A DNA stretch of 64,000 nucleotides from a virus (IMGVR_UViG_3300037010_003043:6132-70131); one strand, 5' to 3'. Counted from the stretch's first letter, positions 39,618 through 50,035 are shown. The notes: generated by a model not told the origin, from the sequence alone. Made by a program: numbers and translations.

Positions 39618-40928
39618 TTAATTTTCGACTTTTATACAATTATTTAAAATTGCTAATTGCGATGGTTCACCACTTCTAATTATACATTCATCTAATGTTC
39701 CATTTATTAAATTCTCTTTATTGTCAATATAACATTTAACTAATTTATTATTATACTGGATAGGTGATGTTATAACTTTACAATTATTTATTAAATTTCC
39801 TTGTTGAATTTGACAGTTTTCGATATGCGAATTATTAATTTCACAATCTATAAACATACAATTATTTAAAAATCCTGATATTTTAGAGTTTAAAATTTCA
39901 TATTTAGATATATTATGACAATTAGATAATTTAGCATCTTTTATTTGAATTTGACCCATTTCACTATCATAATTTATATGTCCTTCTTTAATATTAGCAT
40001 TAATTAATAAATCATAAATCCTATCCTTAATATTACCCCAAAATGATTTTATAATTTCTTTATCAAATTTCATATCTATAGTTATAACAATTTCCGGATA
40101 ATTATAAGCAAGTTTTTCTAAACTAAATGTAGATTCTAATATTTTCTTATGATTTTTTAAAATTTTTGACAACTGAAATAAATTTTCTTCTGTATATTGT
40201 GGATATTTCAACGTATTATATAATGTTAATACCCAATTATCTTGTAATTCTAAAATTTTATCAATTTTTTTATTATAATTTTCGCCACCTAAATATCTGA
40301 ACTCTAAATAATTTTTTTCTTGTTTTAAAAAATTTATACCAAAATATTTTGTGTTAGGAACATGAAAATTTTCTGGATTTATAAACTTAATGTTATCTGT
40401 TATTACATAAGGGTTATTTGGTTTAATAGTTTTTACAGATCTAGCATAAGTATTAAATTTTCTATTTGGAAAATATTTATAAATTAAATTTTCATCTATA
40501 TCTAATGCTAATTTTAATCTATCTAAATTTAAAATTGAAATTTTTTCAAATTGTTGTTTCATAGGTAAAAAACTAATATTTAAATGTAATCCTGTTTTTT
40601 CAGTCGTCCATCCATTATCGCTTATCCAATTTAAAATATTTATTAAAGTAATTCTTGCTTCATTATAAAGTAAAGGTCCTGTTACTAATTCCTTCATTTC
40701 ATTACCACCAGAAAAATCAGGAGTTAAAATCCATTTTTTTCTATCAGGCTTTTCTTTAGGCTTTGCAGGAACATACCAATTATCTAAATCTTTTAACTGA
40801 TATGGTATAATAACCTTTTTCTTTAATAATTTACCTATTTCCTTTGCAATTTTTTCATTAGATAATTTTGAAAAAAATTCAAATTCAAATCCAATTTGGC
40901 TTAATTGTAAAATATCAAGTGAAGTCAT
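39618..40928 (-). CDS. Putative amidoligase (COOH-NH2 ligase) with C-terminal beta-helix-like repeats
   Basis: GFEFEF, PD.S, ELVT, GLHLNISF, KY.GINF, LEFR..GG. Confidence 0.75.
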   Translation of the reverse strand: MTSLDILQLSQIGFEFEFFSKLSNEKIAKEIGKLLKKKVIIPYQLKDLDNWYVPAKPKEKPDRKKWILTPDFSGGNEMKELVTGPLLYNEARITLINILNWISDNGWTTEKTGLHLNISFLPMKQQFEKISILNLDRLKLALDIDENLIYKYFPNRKFNTYARSVKTIKPNNPYVITDNIKFINPENFHVPNTKYFGINFLKQEKNYLEFRYLGGENYNKKIDKILELQDNWVLTLYNTLKYPQYTEENLFQLSKILKNHKKILESTFSLEKLAYNYPEIVITIDMKFDKEIIKSFWGNIKDRIYDLLINANIKEGHINYDSEMGQIQIKDAKLSNCHNISKYEILNSKISGFLNNCMFIDCEINNSHIENCQIQQGNLINNCKVITSPIQYNNKLVKCYIDNKENLINGTLDECIIRSGEPSQLAILNNCIKVEN

Positions 40929-40943
40929 TTAAAAAATAATATT

Positions 40944-40955
40944 TATTTATATATT
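40944..40955 (-). promoter_or_regulatory. Putative late promoter AATATATAAATA
   Basis: Contains the T4 late consensus TATAAATA; lies just downstream of a terminator hairpin and upstream of the amidoligase. Confidence 0.55.
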
Positions 40956-40960
40956 TAAAA

Positions 40961-40993
40961 ACTTTTAGGCTCTAAAAATAAGAGCCTAAAAGT
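40961..40993 (-). terminator. Intrinsic terminator after the S1-like gene
   Basis: Perfect 13-bp inverted repeat acttttaggctct-aaaaata-agagcctaaaagt. Confidence 0.75.
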
Positions 40994-41018
40994 GAAATGT
41001 ATAATTCAGATTTAATTT

Positions 41019-42173
41019 CTATTTTTTTAACTTTAAATATATTTTATTAGTTTTAGTATCAACAAAATTAATAAGTAAATTTAACTTATCGTTAATTTTT
41101 GGTTCAAAATTATTTGGATAATCTTTATAATAAAGTAAACCAACAAAAGAATTATTTTCATAATTAAATTTTACAAATGTTCCATAATCTGTAATATTAA
41201 AAATTTTACCTTCTAAATAAGATTTTTCAAATTTATTTTTAAAATCTTCTATTGTAATACTTTTATTTTCTTCTTTATTATTTGTTAAAATTATTTTATT
41301 ATCGTTTGTTATTTGTTTAATGTAAAAAGAAATATCAGAACCAGATTGATAAAATCCTTTATTAAATTTTAATTTTTCTTCTTCTGTCATTTCGCTTAAA
41401 TGTAATAAACCCGTAAAAAGGTCATCCCATTCAATAAATATAGAAAATTTAGAAATACCAGTAACTTTACCAAAATATAATTTTCCTATTTCTAAATTTT
41501 TTAATTTTTCATCAATAACATATAAAATATATTTTTTATTTGAAACAATAAAAGTTTTATCATCTTTTAAATAATCTTCGATCATTACATCAACTGACTT
41601 ACCAATAAAATTATTAAAATCTATAATTTTATTGGCAGCAGCCAAACTTCCAGGTAAAAATGTTTTAATACCATCTATTATAGCAATAAAACCACCTCTA
41701 TTTTTTTCTAAAATTTTAGCTTTATAAATTTTATTAGAATCTTTAATTTGATTAAAAAGTTCTGTTTGCTTATTTAATATAAAATTTTTAAATAATGATC
41801 CTTTTATAACTTCATTTTCCTCTGTAGCAATCAACTTAAAATTGCCTGTTTTAAACCAAGATCGACCATTTTCTGAATCTAACCATTTTAAAGCTTCTTC
41901 TGTAGTAGAAAAAAATAAATTATTAAGTTCAAAAAATTTCTTTTCTTTTTTATATAATAAAGGTATTTCTAATAAATTTTCACATAATACATTAAATTCA
42001 CCTTTTTGTATGTTTACAGAAATTAACTCTAATATCTGTAATTGTTCTTCGTCGACAATATCCTTTTTAATAAATCCCCATTTTAAATAATCATCCATCG
42101 CATCTGGATGATCAAATTTGTATTCGTTATCTTTTAAAAGTTGTAATACTGTTTCATAATTTTTTTCTATCAT
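41019..42173 (-). CDS. Ribosomal protein bS1-like protein (three S1/OB domains)
   Basis: NRGGFIA.IDGIKTFLPGS; G.VTGI.KF..F.E.....GLLHLSEM; GKI.NITDYGTFV. Confidence 0.8.
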   Translation of the reverse strand: MIEKNYETVLQLLKDNEYKFDHPDAMDDYLKWGFIKKDIVDEEQLQILELISVNIQKGEFNVLCENLLEIPLLYKKEKKFFELNNLFFSTTEEALKWLDSENGRSWFKTGNFKLIATEENEVIKGSLFKNFILNKQTELFNQIKDSNKIYKAKILEKNRGGFIAIIDGIKTFLPGSLAAANKIIDFNNFIGKSVDVMIEDYLKDDKTFIVSNKKYILYVIDEKLKNLEIGKLYFGKVTGISKFSIFIEWDDLFTGLLHLSEMTEEEKLKFNKGFYQSGSDISFYIKQITNDNKIILTNNKEENKSITIEDFKNKFEKSYLEGKIFNITDYGTFVKFNYENNSFVGLLYYKDYPNNFEPKINDKLNLLINFVDTKTNKIYLKLKK

Positions 42174-42203
42174 TTTTTAAACCATTTATTTAAAAACAAA
42201 AAT

Positions 42204-42845
42204 TTAAGCTATTTTAACAATTTCACTACAAACATCTTCTTTAGCTGATTGTACTTGCAAAGAACAAGTACTTGGTGCTCCATATTTAGAATCTATTGCA
42301 CTGGCTAATTTATTTAAAAGTTCAAATAATTTATCACATTTCGTATCTGGATGATTAGCTGAATGTCCAACTTGCACATCCGGACAATCTATATAATGAT
42401 GTGGAGATTTTTCTATAATATCTGCACCTCCTGGTGTAATATTAAAAAATGCTGATTTTAACCAAACAAAAAGTCCTTTATTTTTTGTAAAAATTATTTT
42501 CAAATCTTCATCTTCATCGTAAACTAAAACCTGAGCATTTTCATAACTTTCTTTTATTTCACTTTGCATTTTTTCATTTATATCCTCAATAATAGAATAT
42601 TCAGGTGACATTAAATCGCCATTTTGAAAATTAATCCTAACAGGCGTATTTAATTTCGGATATGAAAACGATCCAAAACCCTGAGAACCAGCAAAAATTG
42701 TGCTTTGTTGAGGAAAACACCAAGGTAAATCATCATCAGGAATACCATCAAATATACCAGGAATCATTATTTTACATCTTCCTAAAAATAATGGATCGTC
42801 ACTTTTTTTAATAATTCCTATAAATGTTTTGTTTAAATCCATCAC
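42204..42845 (-). CDS. Baseplate central spike gp5-like (N-terminal OB domain, no lysozyme)
   Basis: DDPL.LGR.KI.IPG.......LPW.FP...PK....V...F..GD...P.Y. Confidence 0.75.
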   Translation of the reverse strand: MMDLNKTFIGIIKKSDDPLFLGRCKIMIPGIFDGIPDDDLPWCFPQQSTIFAGSQGFGSFSYPKLNTPVRINFQNGDLMSPEYSIIEDINEKMQSEIKESYENAQVLVYDEDEDLKIIFTKNKGLFVWLKSAFFNITPGGADIIEKSPHHYIDCPDVQVGHSANHPDTKCDKLFELLNKLASAIDSKYGAPSTCSLQVQSAKEDVCSEIVKIA

Positions 42846-42851
42846 GCATCT

Positions 42852-45302
42852 TTATTTTTCATTATTATATATATTTTTTGGATTTATTCTACTATTTGGT
42901 TTATACCCATCTAAATTAACTCTTCCAAGTTTTATTCTTGTTGGAATATAACCACTAAGATCTGGTTTAGTGATCGAATTATTTACAGGTGTTTCACTAA
43001 GATCTAATTTTGTAATTGAATTATTTACAGGTGTTTCACTAAGATCTAGTTTAGTGATCGAATTATTTACAGGTGTTTCACTAAGATCTAATTTTGTAAT
43101 TGAATTATTTACAGGTGTTTCATTAAGATCTAGTTTAGTGATCGAATTATTTACAGGTGTTTCACTAAGATCTAATTTTGTAATTGAATTATTTACAGAT
43201 GTTTCACTAAGATCTAATTTAGTAATTGATTTATTTATAGATATTTCATTAAGACTCGGTTTAGTGATTGAATTATTTATAGGCGTTTCGCTAAGACTCG
43301 GTTTAGTGATTGAATTATTTACAGGTGTTTCGCTAAGACTCGGTTTAGTGATTGAATTATTTACAGGTGTTTCACTAAGATCTAATTTAGTGATTGAATT
43401 ATTTACAGGTGTTTCGCTAAGACTCGGTTTAGTGATTGAATTATTTATAGGTGTTTCGCTAAGATCTAATTTAGTGATTGAATTATTTACAGGTGTTTCG
43501 CTAAGACTCGGTTTAGTGATTGAATTATTTACAGGTGTTTCTATATTTTCTATAGAAGAAATATTCGTTTTAATATAATTATTTTCAGATTCAACTTTTA
43601 ATGTATTTAATTCATTTTTAGTTTCATCTTTACTTAATTTATAAATATTGTCATTTTTGAATACTTTAACTTTATTTAAATCTAATAATTTTGGAACATC
43701 ATAGATATTTTTATCAATAATTTTTTCAATATCTTCGTTAATATTAGTTTTACTATCATAAATATTTTTCCAACTGCCTTCAGGATAAAATTTATCATTA
43801 CGGATTATTGGTGCTACAATTTTATCTATTTTATCATTTAAATTATTGGCATTATTTTGATTTGAAAATATATTTTTTAATTTTTTTGAAAGACCAAAAA
43901 TATCTTCTAATTCACTTAAACCACCAGTTACACTATCTATTAAATTAGTAATTGACGAAACTGCATTATAAACATCTTTTAAACTACCAATTTTATCTAA
44001 ATTTTTAATTATATTGGTTCCATTTTCGTAAGCTGATAAACCAATATCTTTAACTTTCATTATTCTATTTACTTTGTTCGTTACATTTGATATTTCACTA
44101 CCAAGTTTTTTATCAAGTTTACCAACTAACGCTGCAGCATAAGGTCCTTGCGATGCAATATCTTTAGTAACACTGTCTATACTAAAACCACTATCATCTT
44201 TTGTATCAATAGGATTATTATTTTTATCAAATTTTCCTTTAGACTTTGAAGATAATTTTGTAGACTCGATTGAACCATCTTTTGGATTAAAATAAGCTGT
44301 CCAATTTAAATGTTGATCTTTATATTTATTTAAATTATATTTACCTTTTATATTAGTGTCATCAACACCAATCCAATCTTCGTTATCAGATAAAATCCAA
44401 TTCCATATACCATATTGATGTCTTTCTAAATAATTACCAACTTTTATTTTAAATCTCATATTTGCAGGTGTGTCAGGTTTTTGGTTAGTCAGTGTAGTTG
44501 CCCAAGGAAAATCTTCAAATATAAATTCACAATCTCTTAATTCTATAATGTGAAATGTCATATTGTTATCTATTGCAGATTGTAATATAGACATTTCAGC
44601 TGTTAACGATTTATTGTAATCCGTTGATCCTGAAATTGACGCAACTCTTATATTATCATAAGAAGTTACTCCGCCTTGAATGTCATTTTTCTGTTTTTCA
44701 ATTGCTGTATTTAATACATTTTCAACTGATCCAAGAATTAAATCTAAATTTCTTATTTCTGATATTATTATTTTTGCATTAAATCTTCGTTTATCGTAAG
44801 GTAAAATATCTCTTTTCCATGTTTCGTTATATGTAGCTTTTCTATATAAATTTGCTAAATAAGACATTCTCATATCAACTGTTTCTAATGTATCTATAGT
44901 TAAAATTTTATCTTTACCTCTCCAAGTATTACCAGGTGGTTGAGGTTTAAAAAGTTCTTCTACGCCCGAAATAGATTGGAAATACCAAGGCATTTCCTTT
45001 TCAACATATTTTAATTGAGCAATAAATTCTGTAAGCATTGCAGCTTCATTTTGTTTGCCTACTCGTTCTAAATAATTAATAGCTGATTCTATTTCATTTC
45101 CTTGTAATAACAATCCACCTAAAATTTTATCACCAAGAGTAACACCAGATGCATCGCGATAATCTTCGTTTAAAAAAGAAAATTTAAGTGCAAATCCTAA
45201 AAATGTAGGCTCATCAACGCCTTGCATATAAGTATAATTTCTACTAAGTTTATCAGGACTTAATAAAAATTTTCTAATATTAATTTGATTTGTCTTTATC
45301 AT
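42852..45302 (-). CDS. Tail-tube-fold baseplate protein with a long low-complexity C-terminus
   Basis: PWYFQSISG, LTI.TLE.VD.R...L..LYR; 14 repeats of 14 aa near the C-terminus. Confidence 0.5.
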   Translation of the reverse strand: MIKTNQINIRKFLLSPDKLSRNYTYMQGVDEPTFLGFALKFSFLNEDYRDASGVTLGDKILGGLLLQGNEIESAINYLERVGKQNEAAMLTEFIAQLKYVEKEMPWYFQSISGVEELFKPQPPGNTWRGKDKILTIDTLETVDMRMSYLANLYRKATYNETWKRDILPYDKRRFNAKIIISEIRNLDLILGSVENVLNTAIEKQKNDIQGGVTSYDNIRVASISGSTDYNKSLTAEMSILQSAIDNNMTFHIIELRDCEFIFEDFPWATTLTNQKPDTPANMRFKIKVGNYLERHQYGIWNWILSDNEDWIGVDDTNIKGKYNLNKYKDQHLNWTAYFNPKDGSIESTKLSSKSKGKFDKNNNPIDTKDDSGFSIDSVTKDIASQGPYAAALVGKLDKKLGSEISNVTNKVNRIMKVKDIGLSAYENGTNIIKNLDKIGSLKDVYNAVSSITNLIDSVTGGLSELEDIFGLSKKLKNIFSNQNNANNLNDKIDKIVAPIIRNDKFYPEGSWKNIYDSKTNINEDIEKIIDKNIYDVPKLLDLNKVKVFKNDNIYKLSKDETKNELNTLKVESENNYIKTNISSIENIETPVNNSITKPSLSETPVNNSITKLDLSETPINNSITKPSLSETPVNNSITKLDLSETPVNNSITKPSLSETPVNNSITKPSLSETPINNSITKPSLNEISINKSITKLDLSETSVNNSITKLDLSETPVNNSITKLDLNETPVNNSITKLDLSETPVNNSITKLDLSETPVNNSITKLDLSETPVNNSITKPDLSGYIPTRIKLGRVNLDGYKPNSRINPKNIYNNEK
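42954..43541 (-). repeat. 14 x 42-bp in-frame tandem repeat
   Basis: Encodes ETPVNNSITK(P/L)(S/D)L(S/N) x14; no spacers. Confidence 0.95.
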
Positions 45303-46689
45303 CTTCTTTTTTATTTTTCACATCAGGCATAGACCATTCTCTTCTACGTAAATTTAACGAAACTGTCCAAATACCATCTGTAGCCGCATTAGGACGAGCA
45401 AATTTTTCTAAACTATCTTGTTTATATTCTATAGTTAAACCGTATATAACATATCTACCAGTTAAAAATCTATCTACAGTCCATCCTAATTTTTGACTTT
45501 TATCATCAACAGCTTTACCTGCAACTTTACCTCTATTGTCGTCATTAGTTACCATAAACTGAACTGGTATATTTTGACATCTATATAAATTAAAATTAAA
45601 TAAAGGTAAATGTACATCAATTTGCATTTTTGACGCAAATTCTAAATTATATTCATTTTGTAAAGGCGCTTGTTTATAATAAGCATGGCAATTATGCTCA
45701 GGATATAAATATTGAACTCCTAAATAAAAAGGCTTTTTATTATCTTTATAATAATCTTCGTTAGATCTTCCTAACATTACAACATTTTCTTTTTCAGATC
45801 CTTGTGTAATTAATGGAGATATATCAAAATTCCAAAATTTTTTTTCTTTTTTATCATAAAAAGAAATATTTGGAAAATGACCGAAATCTTCATTAATAAG
45901 TCCAGACTTATTAATGATATTAAAACTATTAAAATAATAATTAGAAGTTTTTAATTCTTTTGCATTTGATAATATAATAGGTTGTTTAGAAACTACAAAA
46001 TTATCAGTAAGTGAATCATCTATATTAAATGCACCTCTCATTATACCATCTTCCATTTCATAATCCGATGGTACTGAAAATAATGGTCCTAGATTTATAA
46101 AATTTAAATTATAATAATAATCAATAAATGAAATATAAAACGAATCTAAATTAGAAAATGAATATTCGGTCACATATTCTATCATTTTTAAGTATGTATA
46201 ATTTGGACTTAACCAAATCTGTTGATCTTTTAAATCACTTACTTTTTCGTTAGAAGCAAATCCTAATTTTAATTTTGTTGCTATATCAAATAATACTTCG
46301 AATGAAGTTTTTCCATTCCAAGATTTAATAAACATAGAATTTAAATTTGGAACATATAGTTCACCTGAAATATATAATATTAATCGGTCACCTTCTGAGT
46401 CTTGAGAACGGTTAGAACTTACATTTGTAATTACATAATCGTTACGTATAGGTTTATGTTTATCATTTAAAGATCTAATATAAACATTAATTACATCGTT
46501 ATCTTTAGGAAAAGATGTACTTAAAAAAATACCTTCTTTTAACTGTAATTTAAAACTACATTTAGGTAAAAAACCTGTTTGATAAATAGTAAATTCAAGA
46601 ATTTCATCTTTAGAAAAAGGACCATAACCATTTATTTTAATTAAAGGATATGCGGATCCAAATTGAGCAATATGTTTACCAGCAGACAT
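45280..46689 (-). CDS. Baseplate hub-like protein (gp27/contractile-tail hub family)
   Basis: TSFEVL..IA..L.LGFASN, F...ID.YYNLNF, LTGRY.I..L.I.Y; lies between gp53-like and gp5-like genes. Confidence 0.55.
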   Translation of the reverse strand: MSAGKHIAQFGSAYPLIKINGYGPFSKDEILEFTIYQTGFLPKCSFKLQLKEGIFLSTSFPKDNDVINVYIRSLNDKHKPIRNDYVITNVSSNRSQDSEGDRLILYISGELYVPNLNSMFIKSWNGKTSFEVLFDIATKLKLGFASNEKVSDLKDQQIWLSPNYTYLKMIEYVTEYSFSNLDSFYISFIDYYYNLNFINLGPLFSVPSDYEMEDGIMRGAFNIDDSLTDNFVVSKQPIILSNAKELKTSNYYFNSFNIINKSGLINEDFGHFPNISFYDKKEKKFWNFDISPLITQGSEKENVVMLGRSNEDYYKDNKKPFYLGVQYLYPEHNCHAYYKQAPLQNEYNLEFASKMQIDVHLPLFNFNLYRCQNIPVQFMVTNDDNRGKVAGKAVDDKSQKLGWTVDRFLTGRYVIYGLTIEYKQDSLEKFARPNAATDGIWTVSLNLRRREWSMPDVKNKKEDDKDKSN

Positions 46690-46926
46690 TTAGCTATTAT
46701 AGTTATATTTTGTTAAAGTCAAAGTATCTTTTGTAATAGTAGATTCTGAAATACTATTTATTTTTAATTTACTTACATCACAACTTACTACTTTGCCTAT
46801 TTTTTTTGAAATTTTAGGCATATCCGTATTTTTTTTCGTTAAATCTGAATCTACTCCATCTTGTGTTCCTGATTGATCGGAATTATTTTTAATATCTTCT
46901 GAAACAGCACTTGAATTATCTGCCAT
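46690..46926 (-). CDS. Hypothetical protein
   Basis: 78 aa, abuts both neighbours. Confidence 0.55.
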   Translation of the reverse strand: MADNSSAVSEDIKNNSDQSGTQDGVDSDLTKKNTDMPKISKKIGKVVSCDVSKLKINSISESTITKDTLTLTKYNYNS

Positions 46927-46928
46927 AA

Positions 46929-47450
46929 TTATAAATAAATTTTACTATCAACAATTGTTATTTCTGAACTTCCTGATTTAGCCATATTTGGACTTAAATC
47001 TTCCTTTGTTAAAACTGCATTTTTATTGATAGATAATAATTGTTTTGCATAATTATCATATTCTAATCTTTTTTGATCAATTTCAGCATTTTTAGTAGAA
47101 TCTATAGCTGAATTTAAACTATAATCCAAATCAGCTAACCCTGAATTATCGACAATTTGATTTTCCATCCAAAATAAATCAGGAATATAAATTAAATCAC
47201 CTTGAGCTATTGAAAATGGATTTGAAATACCATTAAATTTTAATATTTTATCCCAATCATCTTGATTACTGTAAGAAACATACGAAATTAAATCAGGACG
47301 CATTTCCATATCATCTCCAACATAAAAATAATCAATAATATTATATTGAGTATTATCGTATCTAACAGATGGATTGATTAAATCAACTATTTCAACACCA
47401 TCTTTTAAATTTGTAATTATAGGTTTAGTTTCTAAAAGTTTAAATTCCAT
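46929..47450 (-). CDS. gp53: Baseplate wedge gp53-like (LysM-like) protein
   Basis: MRPDLISY..Y...D.WD.ILKFNGISNPFSI..GD.IYIP. Confidence 0.75.
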   Translation of the reverse strand: MEFKLLETKPIITNLKDGVEIVDLINPSVRYDNTQYNIIDYFYVGDDMEMRPDLISYVSYSNQDDWDKILKFNGISNPFSIAQGDLIYIPDLFWMENQIVDNSGLADLDYSLNSAIDSTKNAEIDQKRLEYDNYAKQLLSINKNAVLTKEDLSPNMAKSGSSEITIVDSKIYL

Positions 47451-50035
47451 TATTTAAAAAATAATTTTCCAAGTTTTGCTGCATTTTCAGTATTTGTATT
47501 ATAAAACTTTTTAGCTGTATTAGATACTTTGTTTATTGTATCACTGTTGTTATCGTTTGATTTTGATTTTGATTTTCCTTTAGATTTCCAAGAAGTATCA
47601 ATTCTTGAATCTTTCGTTGCACTTGAAACATTCCATTTTTCATCCTTTACACCAAATGGAGCATAATGAAGACGACCTTCGCCTCGATTAAACATTGATT
47701 CAATATCACCTTTGTCTCTTGGCTTTCCATGTTCTAATGTAATTTCAAACGAAATATCTGTTGGAAAATCATCAATACCAAAATTTTCACTTAATTTTAT
47801 TTTTGCATTTGTAACTATCAAATTACCTATAGTTAAAAGCGGATTAAATGGATTTCCAACCATTAAATGCCATTCTCCAACAGGATCACCTGTTAAAGTA
47901 GCTTTAAAACCTAAAATACCGGGTCTTTTATCTTTTTGTTTAACAGCCATCCAAGTTTTGGCAGCACCAGAAAGTAAAGTATTTAATGCTTCTCTTGGAT
48001 TTGTCATTAAACCTCTGATTAAATCCATAACTTGACCGCCTACATTTGCAATTTGTTCACCTAAAGAATCTATAAATCCTGTAAAATCTCCAGAATACCA
48101 TTGTTCAAATCCTTTTTTTCCACCAGGAAATGGATAACTCGGTTTATTAGGAAAATATCTATTTGCTCCACCCCAAAAATCAGCATTGCTATATGTCAAA
48201 GCTAACATATTAGCTATAACGTCAATTAATGCAGCTTTAGGATTAACACCACCAATACTTTTTAAACTATAATGAAAATTTACAGTAATAGAATTTTCAA
48301 ATTCTAAACCTCTTTCTCGAGCTTTAGTTTTAGCAATAACATTAACAGGTCCATAAATTCTATTTGCATACATACCATCTTTATATGGATCAAATTTAGC
48401 TCGTTGTTCATCCCAACCTGAAATTTTTGAAAATCCTGCGCCACCAGAAGCAATAGAAGAAATTATACCAAGAGCTTTTCCAAGACCTCCAAATGGTGTA
48501 TTCTCTGGACCTTGCTCGTTACCTTGAACTTCATTTATCGAAGAACCTATTTCTCTCCAATTATATTTCCAACCAAACCCTGCTATATTTTCTAATTTAT
48601 TACCTGTGTCTTCACCTAACCAAGTAATTGCCTTTGCAATAGGTGATGTAAAATTTCCAGAACTTGATTGTCCAAATATCATGGCATTATCTGTAACAGG
48701 ATTAGGAAAACGTCTTAAAGTAACTAAATAATTATTTGGTATTAATCCAAAATAAGTTGCATATAAAAAATCATAATAATTATATAAATATTGTTCTTTA
48801 CCACTCCAATTATTAGGATCGCATAAATTATCAACTGTAGGTTCTAAAGCAGTTTCTAAAACTTGATCAAAATCGTCTGTTAAAATATATTGTTTATTAT
48901 AAGAATCTTTTATTGCCCAAGCATCACCATCAGACGGTACGTTTTTATTTATATTGTTAAAAACACTAGCAGCTTCATCTATTTTTGCAATTTTAACTCT
49001 ATTTTTGTCATCTGCTATACTTTTCTTGACAGCAGTACAACTTCCTTCACCATCGTTGTCATCTCCATAATAATCAAAATCTTTTTTTAAAATATCACCA
49101 CAATTTTTAAGATTATTCTTTTTTAACCAATAATCAAGTGTATTAGGTTTATAATCAATGTCTTTACCATAATCATCTTTAGTAGGTACTTGAAATTCTG
49201 TTACATCAGGATTTATTTGAACTTCTGTTATTTCATAATTATCACTATTTTTAACGACCTTTTGACATTTAGCATCTTTATCTTTTAAATATATAGTTTT
49301 TTGTGTTACGTCTAAAACTAAATTATAAATTGCACCTGTATTAGCATCTTGCCATAAATTATCGTTATCTGTTAAATTATATTTTTGTTTTGTTTCAGAA
49401 TCTGAAATTGTTACTTTTTTATCTCCTTCACCAACACCTTTTTCTTTAACATCATTTTCAGTTGCATCTGAACCAACTTGTATTTTATCGTTATCTTTTC
49501 CATTAGCTGTTAAATTCCTTCTAACTACACCACCAGAACGAAAATTAGTTCTACCTTTTTGATCAATTAAATCAATATTTTGTTTTAAAGAAGCAACGTG
49601 TCCAAATCTAATTAAAGCATAAGGATTCATTATAGATGGAGATCCAACCCATTCTGGACCTGCAGGCATACTATTACCAACAGATTGTGTATTTGTATAA
49701 GCAACACCAAGACGCCAATCCCAAGGTGTATTTATTAAATCACCTTTTGTAGCTGCATTTATAATACGAGATGCATTTAATTTTATTATTGAATCTTCAT
49801 AACTAACTTGTCCGTCTATTAAATAACCTGAAAAATAAGATTCAGATTGTTTTTCGGAAGATGCTTGTCCTATAGCTGATGTTGTTAAATTGCCAGCTTC
49901 GTCATATGTATTAACATAAGTAACTTGATCATTATACTTTAATCCTTGTGGTTTTGTTGTTTCACTGTTACTTGTGTCAGTATCATTAACGGTATTATTA
50001 GTTCCTGTATTTACAGAATTAGAATTATTATCCAT
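47450..50035 (-). CDS. Baseplate/tail-tube initiator (gp48/gp54-like) with a long N-terminal extension
   Basis: C-terminal WHL.VGNP.NP...IGNL...........G.DDFP..I.F.ITL.H; immediately upstream of gp53. Confidence 0.5.
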   Translation of the reverse strand: MDNNSNSVNTGTNNTVNDTDTSNSETTKPQGLKYNDQVTYVNTYDEAGNLTTSAIGQASSEKQSESYFSGYLIDGQVSYEDSIIKLNASRIINAATKGDLINTPWDWRLGVAYTNTQSVGNSMPAGPEWVGSPSIMNPYALIRFGHVASLKQNIDLIDQKGRTNFRSGGVVRRNLTANGKDNDKIQVGSDATENDVKEKGVGEGDKKVTISDSETKQKYNLTDNDNLWQDANTGAIYNLVLDVTQKTIYLKDKDAKCQKVVKNSDNYEITEVQINPDVTEFQVPTKDDYGKDIDYKPNTLDYWLKKNNLKNCGDILKKDFDYYGDDNDGEGSCTAVKKSIADDKNRVKIAKIDEAASVFNNINKNVPSDGDAWAIKDSYNKQYILTDDFDQVLETALEPTVDNLCDPNNWSGKEQYLYNYYDFLYATYFGLIPNNYLVTLRRFPNPVTDNAMIFGQSSSGNFTSPIAKAITWLGEDTGNKLENIAGFGWKYNWREIGSSINEVQGNEQGPENTPFGGLGKALGIISSIASGGAGFSKISGWDEQRAKFDPYKDGMYANRIYGPVNVIAKTKARERGLEFENSITVNFHYSLKSIGGVNPKAALIDVIANMLALTYSNADFWGGANRYFPNKPSYPFPGGKKGFEQWYSGDFTGFIDSLGEQIANVGGQVMDLIRGLMTNPREALNTLLSGAAKTWMAVKQKDKRPGILGFKATLTGDPVGEWHLMVGNPFNPLLTIGNLIVTNAKIKLSENFGIDDFPTDISFEITLEHGKPRDKGDIESMFNRGEGRLHYAPFGVKDEKWNVSSATKDSRIDTSWKSKGKSKSKSNDNNSDTINKVSNTAKKFYNTNTENAAKLGKLFFK

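Noticed and set aside
42954-43578. CRISPR array, or the 202-aa plus-strand ORF
   Set aside because: Units are contiguous with no unique spacers and in frame with the minus-strand gene; the plus ORF is its antisense shadow
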